The position numbers and the translations under genes are program-made. A stretch of 63,935 nucleotides of DNA, the filler included, from Craspedostauros australis (Eukaryota), in NCBI GenBank assembly GCA_030167865.1. It is 8 parts of 8 records of this genome, joined end to end, with 100 filler letters (N's around TTAATTAATTAA, not from the genome) between each part and the next. Parts side by side here need not be neighbours in the genome. Positions count along the whole stretch, not along the records: positions 11,272 to 17,872 come from JALAGF010004061.1; positions 17,973 to 32,215 come from JALAGF010004062.1; 6 more parts are not named here. The stretch is one strand, 5' to 3'. Positions within the stretch are counted from its first letter, which is position 1. Every line of letters begins with the position of its first letter. The notes under the pieces were generated by a model, which ran no database searches, was not told the DNA's origin, and was given only the letters and a program-made list of their open reading frames with translations. Below are positions 13,365 through 25,776 of the stretch, in pieces.

Positions 13365-13889
13365 ATGTCAAGGAGAGAAGGTCGGATTGACTGGAAGGCC
13401 AGCAGAGCCAAAGCAATCATCTTTGATGACCTCCTCACTGGAGTGTTGCCAATGAAAGAAGAAGAAGAAGAGCTGTCTGTGGTAGAAGCATGGGAAGTGT
13501 GCTACTTTCACATGGCTGAGTTTGTGGACGTTGCTTTCAGCCAGTTTGAGGCTCATCTCCATGATCATTGCAAGCAGATGGGCAAGAAGCTGTGTCATTC
13601 GCTGATTGAATCTCATGCATCGGCGCATGACAGGGCCATTCATCCCAGAACAGATGTGGACTCTCGAGCCAAGAAAGTGTTTGACATCTCTGATGCAAAA
13701 ATGCGCCTTTGCCAAGACGTCAAAGATGGAAAGCACGAATCACTCACACCATCAGATCTTCAACAGACCTGCCCACAGTACGCTCAGTTCGGTAAGCGCA
13801 AGCTCAAGGAGCGGATCTACCAAGAGGTCCGGCACAATATATTCATTTATTGTCTTGAACTCAAGCGGGGAAAATCAATTCAGAAGTAG
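13365..13889 (+). pseudogene. Decayed ORF with duplicated helical module (W..S.AK..L..D....P), probably repeat/TE-associated
   Basis: Two similar units, IDWKASRAKAIIFDDL and FDISDAKMRLCQDV..PSDLQQTCPQYAQF..LKERIYQE. His/Cys occur where Arg would be expected (FEAHLHDHCKQ). Flanked by repeats. Confidence 0.45.
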
Positions 13890-14574
13890 TACACAGCTAA
13901 TAGTCAACGTAGCCATCTGCACACAATAACTTTGTTCCTTGCGATTCATCAATCCGCCCAGTTGTTTGACTCAGACGAGGCGTGGCGTCGCACAATTTGT
14001 CGTTGTCCAGATCTGTCCGTATATGTCCGGATGAGTCTGGATGTGTCCGAATTGGTTCCGTCTATCCGAATACGTTCAAATTTGTCCGTTAGTTTCAAAT
14101 TCTTCCAGAAATCGCCAAGGACAAACGAATCTGCAACTATTAAGAGCGAAACTCTGATAATGTCTTTTGTGTGTCCCGTAAGACTCACAAAGGATTTTTA
14201 ACAGAATTCTGGACAAATTGTTGGTTGTCCCAGAAGAATGAGCGATGACGCGAACGAATGGCTCGGAGCAACGTGTCGTGAGAGGTGTCTGACGAGTTGC
14301 CCTGCGATCCTGCGACTCTTTCCCTCCCAGGACTCCTGCCAATCTCATCATTCGTTCGTTCTTACCGGTATCGTCATCGCGATGAGCATGGTGAGGCGAT
14401 TTGTACTGGTATTGCCACGATGTCACACCAGTACTCCATCAGTGCTCCGCTCTGCTTCAATTCTTGGAGTACTCATACATGCATTGTGATCAGACCATCC
14501 TCACAGTCCATCGCCGTCGGAGAGCATCAACTCACACCAGAATCAAGCATTGGTAGTGAGTGTCAACAAACATC

Positions 14575-17500
14575 ATGAACTCCAACACGAACAATGCAGG
14601 ACAATCCAACAAGAGGAATGAGGATGATGGCAAGATGAGAGGACGAGCCCGTGGCGACCGCGCGGCGGCTGGTGGCAACAAGGCTCTTGGGAGCAAGAGG
14701 AGTGACGCCAACAAAGTCGGAAGGATGGACAAGTCAAATGAAGAAGACCTCATGATCGGAGCGGTCTCCGTAACACCTTCGTCTCAGATGTCCGACTTCG
14801 TCGCCGATGGAGCGATGTCTCACAACGGCGACGCGCAGTTCGTGGCGGCTGCACCAGGAGAGCACGTTGCTGGAAGAAAGGCGCGACGCTTGGATCGGAC
14901 CATCAACTCCAAACAGCGGCAAGCCAACCCGGGCACGGTCACACCCAGCACGCCTTCCATCGCGTACGCCGCAGCGTCTTCGGCAGGCATCAGCCAACGA
15001 GGCCAATCAAGCCAATTAGCGTCGCCCTCCAATGAATCCGGAATCGGCTCGCAATCTGCGATGGGGGTTGCGGGTGGCAGCGGTGAAATAGCACAGATAT
15101 CCTCTGAAAATCTATACCGCAAGAAAATTCAGAACGCGGCTCAAGGTGCTGCCGCAAGTGGCGCTCGTCTGAATTCGTTCCAAGCACCACCACGTCCATA
15201 TGACCAGTTCCGCAATGGACCACCCGACGACCGCGCTTCCCTCGCGGGCGGCATCGCGTCATCTGACGATCACATCGATCCGGGGTCAGCGAAATCTCTT
15301 CCGAAAGCGGTGCTGTTGGAAACAGATTCAGCCACGTTCGTCAACGACGATCGCACTGATGTCACCGATGCCGAACGACAACGCATTCGAGAACAAGCCG
15401 AGGAGAATGCCCGCAAGAAGATGGACGAAGCTGCAGTGCATGCCACAGCTGCTGAGGAGTACGTTAAAGACAAAGATACCTCCTCAAGCAACAAACGATC
15501 CAAATCGATCATGATCTGCATCGCCCTTCTCATCGTGGTCGGTGCCATCGTCGGCATTGCTGTTGGCGTCTCAGGCAACAGCTCCAAGTCTTCAAACTCC
15601 TCAAGCTCATCGTCGCCGGAGAATCCGACGAATGATGGTAGTGGTGGCGGTGAAATTGAAGCAACCGGAGCACCAGTTGCCGACCCGGTCGCAACAGTGC
15701 CACCAACTCCGATGGCAACCATGCCACCCACCTTCTCTCCACTCATCGACACCGATGCTCCATGCACATCCAACAACTTCTGCGAGTGTGCTCTGGAGAT
15801 CAACGAAACTCACATTGGCGAGTCCCTCTTCGGTAGCACAGTGGGTGCCACACCCGATGCGGTCAACACATGCGATGGCATCTCCAGAAATGGCGCTGGT
15901 GTGTGGTATCGCATGAGCAATCAACCCTTCATGGACAGCAACAGCAATCTAGATGTGGCCGCAGACACTCCAACCCAGCGCAGATTCCTGGCGTCGCTCT
16001 GCGAACGAGCTTCTGCTGCCGATGCCGAACCTGGGCAACCGTTTGTGCAGAGAACGAACTTCGACAGCCAGATCTCGATCTTCACTGGCGATCGATGTGA
16101 CCGATTGAAATGCGTTGCAGGCAATGACCAAGGCGGGCTCGGCTGTCTTGATAGGAGCCGCGCATCATTCGCCTTCAATAGACAAGGTGGTGCTGGTGTT
16201 GGTGCCGACGGTGGTGCCGACGGTGGTGGAGATGGTGATGAGACGTACTACATCTACGTTCATGGCTTTCGTTCTTCTCGTGGTGAATTCATGATGGAAC
16301 TTTCGGAGATACCCAACAATCTTCAATGTGAGGACGCCACCCGTGTATTTGCGGAATCATCAGTGGTTTCAACCACCAAAGGCGCAATCATCCAGCCTCC
16401 GGAGATCGGAGATTGCAGGAATAGTATTTCCTCCGCACCCGGAGTTTGGTTCCAAGTCGAGTTCGAAGATTTCCACGTTGAATGCGGTTTTGATTTCTAC
16501 TTCCGCACAAGTCCCATCACTGACGGGTTCATTCCACAAATGTCCGTGTTCAGGGGCGATGGCTGCAATGAGCTTCGATGCCTCGATGGAGACTCAGCAG
16601 AGGTCTTCGTCTTCCCAGAAGTTGGGGTAAAGTATCATGTCCTCGTACACGGCCTCGGCAATAGCGTCGGAGACTTCGTTTTCTCGGTCACATCGGATGA
16701 AGAAGAAGGCTCAGAAGTACCAGAGCTGGATCCTTTGGATTGCAGCTCATCGGTTGGATTGCCAGTGGGGTCCAGCGCAGAAAATACCCTGCTCAAGTTC
16801 GGCCCTGGAGTGGATCCAATCGTATCTTGCGCCAACAATGTCCTCGTCGACATCAGAGGCAATCCTTCGTATACGTACCGAGGAAACTGGTTCAACACGA
16901 CCGGGACCGGGACAATTCTGCGTGCCTCGACATGCAACACCGAGACGGCCTTCGACACCAAGATCAGTGTTCTGGTGGGGTCATGCGACGACCTCCAATG
17001 TGTCGATGCCAACGATGATGTCTCATCGCCTGCAGGCACGTCAGGTCGCAACGCTGAATCGTGCAGTGTTGTGGAATGGTACGCGCATGAGGGAGTGGAG
17101 TACAAGATCATCGGTACGTATTGTACAGTATGGTGCCCTTGCAAAGGGTGGTGTTTGTGGTCATCATCGTTGCATGTTTGCTGTACGTCTGTCCCTCTCG
17201 TTTGTTCCTCTCGTTGGGTCCTCTCGTTTGCACCAGGTCAAACATCGTGGCTTGAGCATCTGACTCGGATGCCCCTTCATGTTGAGAGTGCGGCACCAGT
17301 ACATCTTCGCCACACACTTCCTGCACACCACCCAACGCTCCGATGAACCCAACTCCTCACACTTGCAATTGCAATCGCTGAACAACGAATCTGTCATTTC
17401 GCATGATGCATTTCACATGATGCATTTCACATGATGCATTACACATTCTGCATTTCACATTCTGGTACCGTGCGAGTAGTGCATGGATCCGTGGATCGAC

Positions 17501-17872
17501 CGGCAGATGATCTGTTCGAGTGTGAGGTCATCTTCAAGGTCACATTGGAAGAGGCTGAGTCTTCGGCAAACCAAACCTGCCTCACTGCAACTCACATACC
17601 AACTGATGGAACCACCACCATCACCACACTCGATCCAACCATCAAAACCATCGATCAGATGGATCCCACCATTCCCATCACCGTCGATGACTCCGGAACC
17701 ACTGCCTCATCTGACAACCACGACGAATACCTATTCTGGTACACTGTCAAGGGAACTGGCACATCCCTCACTGCATCCACTTGCCATCCAGGATCCATGC
17801 TACCAGCCACATCGGCAGCCGCTGCCACTTCCACATCCATCTTCATCCTTGCCAATGATGGCAACGACAACA
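14575..17872 (+). CDS. Type II single-pass membrane protein with extracellular Cys-rich beta-sandwich-like repeats; exons 14575-17113 and 17480->17872 (3'-truncated)
   Basis: Disordered N-terminus, TM IMICIALLIVVGAIVGIAVGV, Ser/Pro/Thr stalk, then at least 4 repeats (GVWY/GVWF/GNWF/LFWY..FDSQISIF..LKCV..YYIYVHG). Intron GTACGT(17114)..TAG(17479) restores YKII-VHG. Confidence 0.85.
17402..17464. repeat. Intronic 14-bp tandem repeat (CATGATGCATTTCA)-like, ~4 copies
   Basis: Directly visible. Confidence 0.7.
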
Positions 17873-17972
17873 NNNNNNNNNNNNNNNNNNNNNNNNNNNN
17901 NNNNNNNNNNNNNNNNTTAATTAATTAANNNNNNNNNNNNNNNNNNNNNNNNNNNNNNNNNNNNNNNNNNNN

Positions 17973-20900
17973 AAAATGACGGCGGGCGATCTGCTGGATG
18001 TCTTGGATGACGTCGATGACATCCTCAACATGTGATGGGCCATCATCAAGACGGTAAAGTATGGCATGGTACTCGTCGGTGCCACCTCGACGCCAGCACA
18101 CATACGTGTCCATACGATCGGCTCAAAAACAAAGGAGGTCCGCGATTTTGGCGCTCTCTGCAGCTTTCGACGTGGGGATTTTGATACAGCGACATCATTA
18201 CAATAGACAACATTTTTACTCTACTAGTGCTCCCTCGTGCAACGGTTCTCCACAACCTGCGATGGCCTCAATGCTTTGGCAGACGGGCGCTAATTGAGTG
18301 GAGACCCAAAGGACAGAGTATGAGTAACCGTAGATCGATGTATTGTGCGGTATTGGAATCGTATTATGTGTAATATTATCTATTGCTGAATCACATTACA
18401 AGTACGTTGACTGTGCGCTGTATCATGTTCTATCTGTGGGTATTTGCAGTGGATTGGGACCAGCGAGGATGCCGCTCAGACGGATTGTTCTTGGCTGTTT
18501 GTCTGGGCTTCGATCTCGACTCCAGCTTCAGCGTCCTCCTCCTGGCCTTCCTGCTCAGCAACGACCTTGTTGAGCTCCGCCTTTGCGTAGTAGGATGTCA
18601 AAGCGATGGCGCCGATGCCGAAGATGACACCCACGATCACCACGATGATTGTCACCGTGGAATCACCTCCGCTGCCGGCAGAATCGGCCAACGATCCAGC
18701 AGAAGCGCCGAGGAAGACGTAGAGGATGGTGCCCGGAAGGATGGCGAACATGGCCCAGACGTACGACCAGAATCCGATGGCCGTGACGCCCGCGATGTAG
18801 TTGATGGCATTGAATGGGATGATGGGTGACAGTCGCAGCAACGCCATGATGCGGAATCCCTTCTCCTCGAGCGCTGCATCCAGGGCCTTGAAGAGCGTGT
18901 ACTTGCTCGTCAGGGTGTTGCTGACCCAGTCGCGCAGCAGGAAACGGCCCAGCAGGAACGATGCGATGGCTCCCACGCTTGCTCCGATGAAGACCGCGAG
19001 GCTGCCGACGAGAACACCCACTCCCAATCCAAAGGCGTTGGCAAAGACGAATCCTGCCCCGAGTGTGAGGATGGATCCTGGGACGAAGAAGATGGTCGCG
19101 AATGTGTACACCAACATGAAGGCGAAGAATCCTCCCGTCGGATTGTCCTCGATCCATTCCAGGAACGATTCCAAGCCATCGCGGATGTAGCTGGTGGTCA
19201 GCGAATCCGCGATGACGAATACGACGAATCCGATCAAGAACAAGGCGATGATGACCTTCTTTGCGAAGTCGCCCTTGCTTGCGCTTTCCTCATCCGATGA
19301 TGCCGACGACGAATCCGCGTCGGTATTGCTGTCGTTGTCGTTGTCGCTGCTGTTGCCGTTGTCATTGGCGTTGTTGGAGGCAGCGGGCTTTTCCGAATCC
19401 ATGTGTCCGGATGCCATCTCAAGATCCTCTTGGTGCATGTTGGATGATGGTTGCTGCATTTGTTCCTGGTCTGTCATGTTGGTGTTGGTGTGAGTGTTAA
19501 TGTTAATGTTGGATGTTGATGATGTGAATTAGTGTGTTGTGGAGTTGCTTGGGTGCTGCAGTGTTGTGGTGTGATGATGTGATGGTGATGCGATTGCGAT
19601 TGCAGTTGTTCTTTGATGTGGATTTGTTTTTATGAGATTGATCAGGCATGTTCCACCCTTGGACATGAGATCCAAAGTACAATAGGAGACACTCTCTCGC
19701 AAACCACAACGACCGATGGACACGGTATATCCGCACCATACCACACTCTTGTGGATCTGCAACGCCGATGGCACAACCCTGATGCTGCAATACAGCGCAC
19801 GCGCGATCCACATCACAGGATGTTCTTGTCTGTGAGAGCGAAGATGCCCGAGACGTGAGGGAAACCTCACCGACGGCGATCTTTTTGTGGTTGGATGGTG
19901 CGCAGGCAGGAAGTTTGTTGTGTTCCTTGCGTTTTTGTGGGAACAGAAACCGCGCAAGCAACAAACAAGGAAGAAGAGAAAGACAATGAAACACGATCGA
20001 TTCCCGCTTGTGATCATCGACGATGCGTCCAAGTCACGGGTACGACTCGAGGACAACTTCGATCAAATGGAGGTAAGCATGACTGAAATGGATTTGAACA
20101 TGTTTCTGCCAGCGAAAAAGTGGCGGCCGAAATCAATCGATACAACTCGAGCGCACCCGTTGATGCAGCTGATCGTGAGGAGCTTTGGTACAGATGGGAT
20201 GGGATGGCAAGAAATGGCGCGGACATCACATGTGGACACCTGCGAGCAAAAGTGGGGTATCATCGCCACGCTCTCTCCAGAGTAGCGAAGCTGTGATCTC
20301 CCAGCGATGATCATCGTTGCGACGGTGATCTACCACACAAGTACGCTGAACCAGCAGTAGTGGTTGGATGCTGTCCACATCAATCATCGTCGGGAACGCT
20401 TCAGCGGAACAAGAGGAGCTACTGCACGAGAGACGATGACACCTTGGGTGAGGGGACAGCAGTGTATCTATGTTGACCGCAGCGTGCGACTGTGCCGATG
20501 TGATTGGCGGTAGTCTTCCCGCGCAACATGAACACCGCCCAACACTCAAGCTGGTCGCGAATTCGTCAGTGAGTTGGCACATGCGTTCCCTCTGCGGTGA
20601 TGCGTCCCCCAAACATTCCCGCAAGAAGCTGCTCGGCCAGCCCCATTGAACTCGAATATTCACCGCAGTACGCTCTTCAGTCTCGAATTGGTGTTCAGCT
20701 TTGCGGTATCAGTGGAAGAGATACCGCGTGCGCAAGTTTCATGAATGACGTCCGCATTGCATGGACGGAGGAACATGATACCCCCTGGAAGAGAATGAGA
20801 CGCAGTCAGTTGATGCGGATGTAGTCGAGCGCTCTGGAGGGCCGTGGAATGATTGGGAAGCCCGTCGCTTCCTGGGAAGACACTGCGCGGTTGGAATCGC

Positions 20901-21531
20901 ATCATCCGGAACATGCCGATGGTCAAATCTCCAATGGATCATTGCGCGTATTTTCCAGCAGTGTCCGTCCCCATACATTCATGTCTACCAATGCATTCAT
21001 GTGTGATGGCAAATTCATTTGTGCAAATTGACAGCGCAGATGCAAAACGTTGATGTGCTTATCAGAGCCTCGCTTCTTGTCTTTACGAAAGAACCATCGT
21101 AATCACTCTTTGATTGCATACGCGGTCGGCAGCCACACCTTGGCCGAACCTCGCACCAAGATATCGTCTTGCAATTTTGTCGGAGCGCCGACATCAGCTC
21201 TATCCTCCTGTTCTGCCAACCCTCCGCGATCATCTGGGCTCAATACAGCCTCTACACCATCCCCGTTCTCATGCTGATCGTTTCCAGCCTCGATGATGTG
21301 AGATGTTTCACAACCCGTATCGCCGTCTTCATCATCCGGCAGCACCCTACCATCCTCCAACCTCCGAACGGTAGTGGTACATTGGACCAGCAACCCACCA
21401 CCAGGTGCACTCCGAAACCGTTCGATATCGACGCGTCCGACCACGATATCACCAACATACGCTGGCTTGACAAAATCAAGAGATTGCTTCAAGTACACGG
21501 CGCCAGGCGCAAGATTCGCGAATATGCTGGA
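17973..21531. repeat. 3559-bp segment matching the reverse complement of 32316-35874
   Basis: The ORF track is mirrored exactly (coordinates sum to 53847, translations identical). Both copies start at a linker. Confidence 0.97.
18476..19477 (-). CDS. TVP38/TMEM64 (DedA/VTT, SNARE-associated) membrane protein
   Basis: FFVPGSILTLGAGFVF, GASVGAIASFLLGRFLLRDW, LLRLSPIIPFNAINY, LPGTILYVFLG. Confidence 0.93.
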   Translation of the reverse strand: MTDQEQMQQPSSNMHQEDLEMASGHMDSEKPAASNNANDNGNSSDNDNDSNTDADSSSASSDEESASKGDFAKKVIIALFLIGFVVFVIADSLTTSYIRDGLESFLEWIEDNPTGGFFAFMLVYTFATIFFVPGSILTLGAGFVFANAFGLGVGVLVGSLAVFIGASVGAIASFLLGRFLLRDWVSNTLTSKYTLFKALDAALEEKGFRIMALLRLSPIIPFNAINYIAGVTAIGFWSYVWAMFAILPGTILYVFLGASAGSLADSAGSGGDSTVTIIVVIVGVIFGIGAIALTSYYAKAELNKVVAEQEGQEEDAEAGVEIEAQTNSQEQSV

Positions 21532-22167
21532 GAACATGCTCGAGAGCATGATGCCGTGCACAATGGGCACAGTCCGTTGCTTCGTCTCGTCCAAGCGTAG
21601 AAAGCCCATGTCCACATGACGTTGCAGTCTTCGCCGATCGATAATTTCATCAGCATCAACCTCGTTGTTGTTGCTGACATCCCACTGCATGCTTTGATGC
21701 AAGATGTTTTGATCATCGATCAATCGGCCAAATGCCCGCACGTCCTGCTCCAGATAGCGGCGTTGGACCTTTTGAGGAGAGCGGAGGTTTGGGTCGGCGG
21801 TTACCCAAGTGATGTCACGAAAGAATAGTAGGGAAAACACTTGCATTGGGTGAGTGCGCTGTGGCTTCAAATCCGGACAGAATGAAAGCAACAATCACAT
21901 GGCACTCACCTCCGCGAATTGACCAACAACAAGGCCCTCACCATGCTCTGGAATCGTCCCAACGATCTTTGCGCTCACGGATGACATCATCCTGACCAAG
22001 TTCTTGCGTTTGTGCATGTTCGTGCATCCAGATGTTGCAACGCTGGGCTCCAAGCATCGCTGAGAACCACAGTGGCTACTTCTGGAGAGAGATCGAGCCA
22101 GCCGACACGTGATGCGAAACCGGCGGCTACTGGACCTGAAGGACTGAGACAACCACGCTATTTTCAT
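21103..22167 (-). CDS. MaoC-like hot-dog-fold (R)-hydratase/dehydratase (HTD2-like), possibly mitochondrial; exons 22167-21910 and 21768-21103
   Basis: DVRAFGRLIDDQNILH, IVHGIML and PGAVYLKQSLDFVKPAYVGD motifs. Phase-0 intron GTGAGT(21909)..AAG(21769). Arg/Ser-rich N-terminus. Confidence 0.82.
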
Positions 22168-24795
22168 ATCTATACTCGTGAGTATGGGAGGGACGGCAAA
22201 GCACGGCACGGTGGAGGGTGGAGTGTGGATGCGCCAGTTGCGATGCTGTCGCCTTGCGCAGGGCTGATCTTGTGATGCCTCCTTGTCATTTTTGATGCGC
22301 CAACGTGTTGATGTCTTTGTCGAAACGTGGGTTCTATTGGAGCTCAGGGAATGCATCCTTTTCAGCAAATCCTGGATTTGATGACACAGTCTCCGACTCA
22401 ATGGACTACATGGCTTGCGATGAGTTGTGAATTCATGATCGAGATGTGGGTGCCATTTCAGGATGTTGAAGCTGAGGAGAGGAGCTGGTGGATTGCGATC
22501 TATGGATTGGGGCAGGACAAGCAAAGCAGGCTGTGGATGTCCACTCGCAATCGCAGCGCATCAGCCCTGTGAATGCATTGTTTCACCTATCGCTGATTGG
22601 TCTCGCATCACTCGATCGGCTGTCGGTGCGGGGGAGGATTTTGAGATCTTAGCTGTGTTCGCGGTTTCGGCCATACACTCTTGGCGAGTCCCTCTCTCAC
22701 CACTCTGCACAGTCATTTCGTTCTTTCGGAGACGGCAAGCAGGAAGTCTGCAGGGGAGACTGCATTTGATGAAATGCTCAGGGTGAGAAGGATCTCCCTT
22801 CTTCGTATTCCTTGTTCCAAGGGGGAGGGCCAATACCGTACAGACTTCGCAGGATGTCATAGATGTTGGCCCTGGAGAGGAGAAAGATGAAATGGATTTT
22901 GGTGGGGGGTGACGAATGCTCACTTCTCCTCATCCTATTCGCTTCAACCGGGGACTGCTCAATTGGTATTCGTACTCCTGCGATGTGTGGGTGCGTGGAG
23001 CGGGTACTGGGCTACTTGGAAAACGGAGACTCGAAGAGGTAGGCACTTCTTCATCTCACCACCTCACCCGATCCTCTTTGGAGGAGATATCCAAAGGTGT
23101 ATTCGTACGCCACATGCTCGGGAGTCAAGTATAGCAGCTCGTACAGCATTCATTCGAGATTTCAACGTGTTCCTCATGAACCATCCTTGAACAGCCCAAT
23201 CTACCACACTTTCGATTCGTTCGCACTGGTGCCTGAGACTTTCAGGAGTTCCTCTTCCGTCTTTCCGTGTGCGTGTATCATCCTCCAGTCCTTGGCAGTG
23301 ACGGGGATTGATCCTCTGTACAATACTCGTGGCTCATACCACGTAGAAAAGTGATACTCTATCATTGTGCCGGCTCACCAGACTTTTAGGCCACACCTCG
23401 CGCATGTGGATGTGCCAGGAACTACCTCGTCACCCACTGAGGTGAGGTGACGTGAGGCGAGGTCATGCGATGTCTCCAGTCAACGAAGACCCGGGCGAAT
23501 ACCGTATGTGATCCCTGCGTGATCATTCTGCGCTCCGGAACGGTGGGTGGTGTCACCAATTGCAACTCCCACGCAACCAACTCTATCCGCTCGTTCTCCA
23601 TTCCGCTTTTTTCGCCTGGGTCTTTTGGTTCGTGAAGTGGACACTCGATGAAAAGTCACGGACGGCAGCGTGTACCGTAGGGGGCGGGTAAAGCTGAATA
23701 TCCCTTCGATGGTTCTGGCTATTCCAAGGCGTAGTGGAGAACTGTTTGAGGTGACAAAATGAAGTGACGCAGATCTGTGCTTACTCGAGGTGGCTTAAGA
23801 TACAGTGATCAAAGTCATAGACTGGAGAGAGCGGACTCTCTAAGTTGTCTCTTTTTGCGAAACGAGAAAGGTGATTCATGTCACCTCAGCAGAGCACCAT
23901 CGTCGATTCTTTGTGTCAGTCCTCGTTGGGTGGACACACTCATGGGTACGTGTAGAAGTGGGCGCGTTGTTTGGATTGGATCCAGAGAGTTCAAGTACAT
24001 GCATTCGCGGTGGTGTGTGCATTCTGCGCTTCTGTGAACCCAGGGTGCATCTACGAATACTCGCCCTCGTCGCGGATCGGCGACGAACCCTCCTTCGGAG
24101 AAAGGCGAACACGGATTGTGTGTCTGAGACGGATACGAGCCTTTTTGTACTTTTGACACTCGCTTCTTTTTGCTGGGCAATAACGTTTCGCCAAAGCAGC
24201 TGCAAACGTGAATGATCCTTCGCCCCTCGCCACATCCAAAATGACCCAAGACATATCCACTTTTGGGAGATCACAAGCGACGGCAACGCTTGAGCGCACA
24301 TGGGGCTTCCTTCTCTGTGCTGTGCTCTGGGGCGAGAGAAAGTCAGCAACCACCAATCAGCCGAAGTCCAAACTGCGGCCGCAACGACTACTCCACGAGC
24401 TGCCTCACATCATCTGGCTTTCTCAGATCCACCAGACTTCTTCGATTTCAGCAGAATTAGTGGCAGAGCATGTGAACACCAGTACTCAAGATATCTGCGC
24501 ATCCGTAAGCAGACTTGTGATACCTGGTGCATTGAACGCTGGTCGACAACGAAATGAATCGGAGGCAACAGTCGCAGCCGCACTCACATTCGCACACGCT
24601 CATCGACCCATCGGAAGAGTCTGAGAAACAGCGCATAAAAAGAAGCACCATCCAAACTCAAACTCGTGAAGTATCACAATCACAATCACAATCACAATCA
24701 CAACGTCGACACGAACACACACAGCGAAGGATCCTCACGAGACTCCTCTCACAAAACACAAGTACAACCGCCGACTCAAACCCTCGAACACAGCA

Positions 24796-25776
24796 ATGTT
24801 GCCAACAACGAAAGCTGACCCACAACACGGGAAAGAAGCCATGCAGGAAGCATCATTTCTCAATGATCGAGGTATCGAGCAGCTCCAACGAGGCAACGAG
24901 GCCAAGGCTGTGGACTGTTTCGTTGCATCCCTCGGCATCCTCAAGAGCCTCTTGACGAGCTCAGCATGCCCAACGAACTATGGGCGGTCAGATCCTTCGG
25001 CATACAGCAATGGCATGATCTGCGACCCTGAACAGCCAACTAATGAGGATGGGCACAATTCTGGATTGTATCCAAGTCAGCATGGAGGTGTGCTCTTCTC
25101 CTTCTATGCTGCCACGCCATCGAGGCACACGGAATGCTCCATGGAAAGCAAGACGCTCTCCCAGAAGGGACAAGCACAGGATCCTCGCGGACCAGGACAC
25201 GACGATCAGATTATGGAGAGCCTGCTACGATTTTCACCACATACCATCCACTCCGATCCGTCCCCTTTCGCGCCACAGCAGGAGCAACAGGTGAGTTGGG
25301 AGCCGGATGATCTGCGATTGATCACGGCGTGCATTATTTACAATACGGCCGTTGTCTACCATCTCAAGTTTTGCAACGCAACAGCGGTGGCCAGCACGAG
25401 TCCGAACGGCTCCGAAACCTTTGTGTTGCGAAAGGCTCAACAGCTCTACGACAAGTCATGTGCCGTGCTGCAAAGCATAACGCAAGGCGGTCCTTCGGAG
25501 CATCCGCAAGGAATGCATCGAACCCAGTTGGACAGCAACCATGCTGCCACCATGCGGACGTTCCAGATGCTGCTGATGCACAACACGTCTTACATCAAAT
25601 ACCAGATCGGGGACATCGATGCATCGAGACAAGATTTTGAACGGTTGTCGTCGTTGTTGAAGGCGCTCCTGCTGCAACAGTCGCCGCCAATGTTGGAGGT
25701 CCACGAAATGAACAAGATGCTGATGAACATCATGCTGATGCAGCACATGAACATAGTTGCCGCCGCCGCAGGTTAG
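24796..25776 (+). CDS. Hypothetical helical (TPR-like) protein
   Basis: 326-aa ORF with LNDRGIEQLQRG..AV, ACIIYNTAVVYHL, LRKAQQLY and a C-terminal AAAA, a pattern I associate with an expanded diatom family. Confidence 0.7.
   Translation: MLPTTKADPQHGKEAMQEASFLNDRGIEQLQRGNEAKAVDCFVASLGILKSLLTSSACPTNYGRSDPSAYSNGMICDPEQPTNEDGHNSGLYPSQHGGVLFSFYAATPSRHTECSMESKTLSQKGQAQDPRGPGHDDQIMESLLRFSPHTIHSDPSPFAPQQEQQVSWEPDDLRLITACIIYNTAVVYHLKFCNATAVASTSPNGSETFVLRKAQQLYDKSCAVLQSITQGGPSEHPQGMHRTQLDSNHAATMRTFQMLLMHNTSYIKYQIGDIDASRQDFERLSSLLKALLLQQSPPMLEVHEMNKMLMNIMLMQHMNIVAAAAG

Noticed and set aside
17860..17872. Contig end GACAACA matching the contig start at 11272 (circular or permuted gene)
   Set aside because: Only 7 bp match, and the join would break the repeat pattern of the protein.
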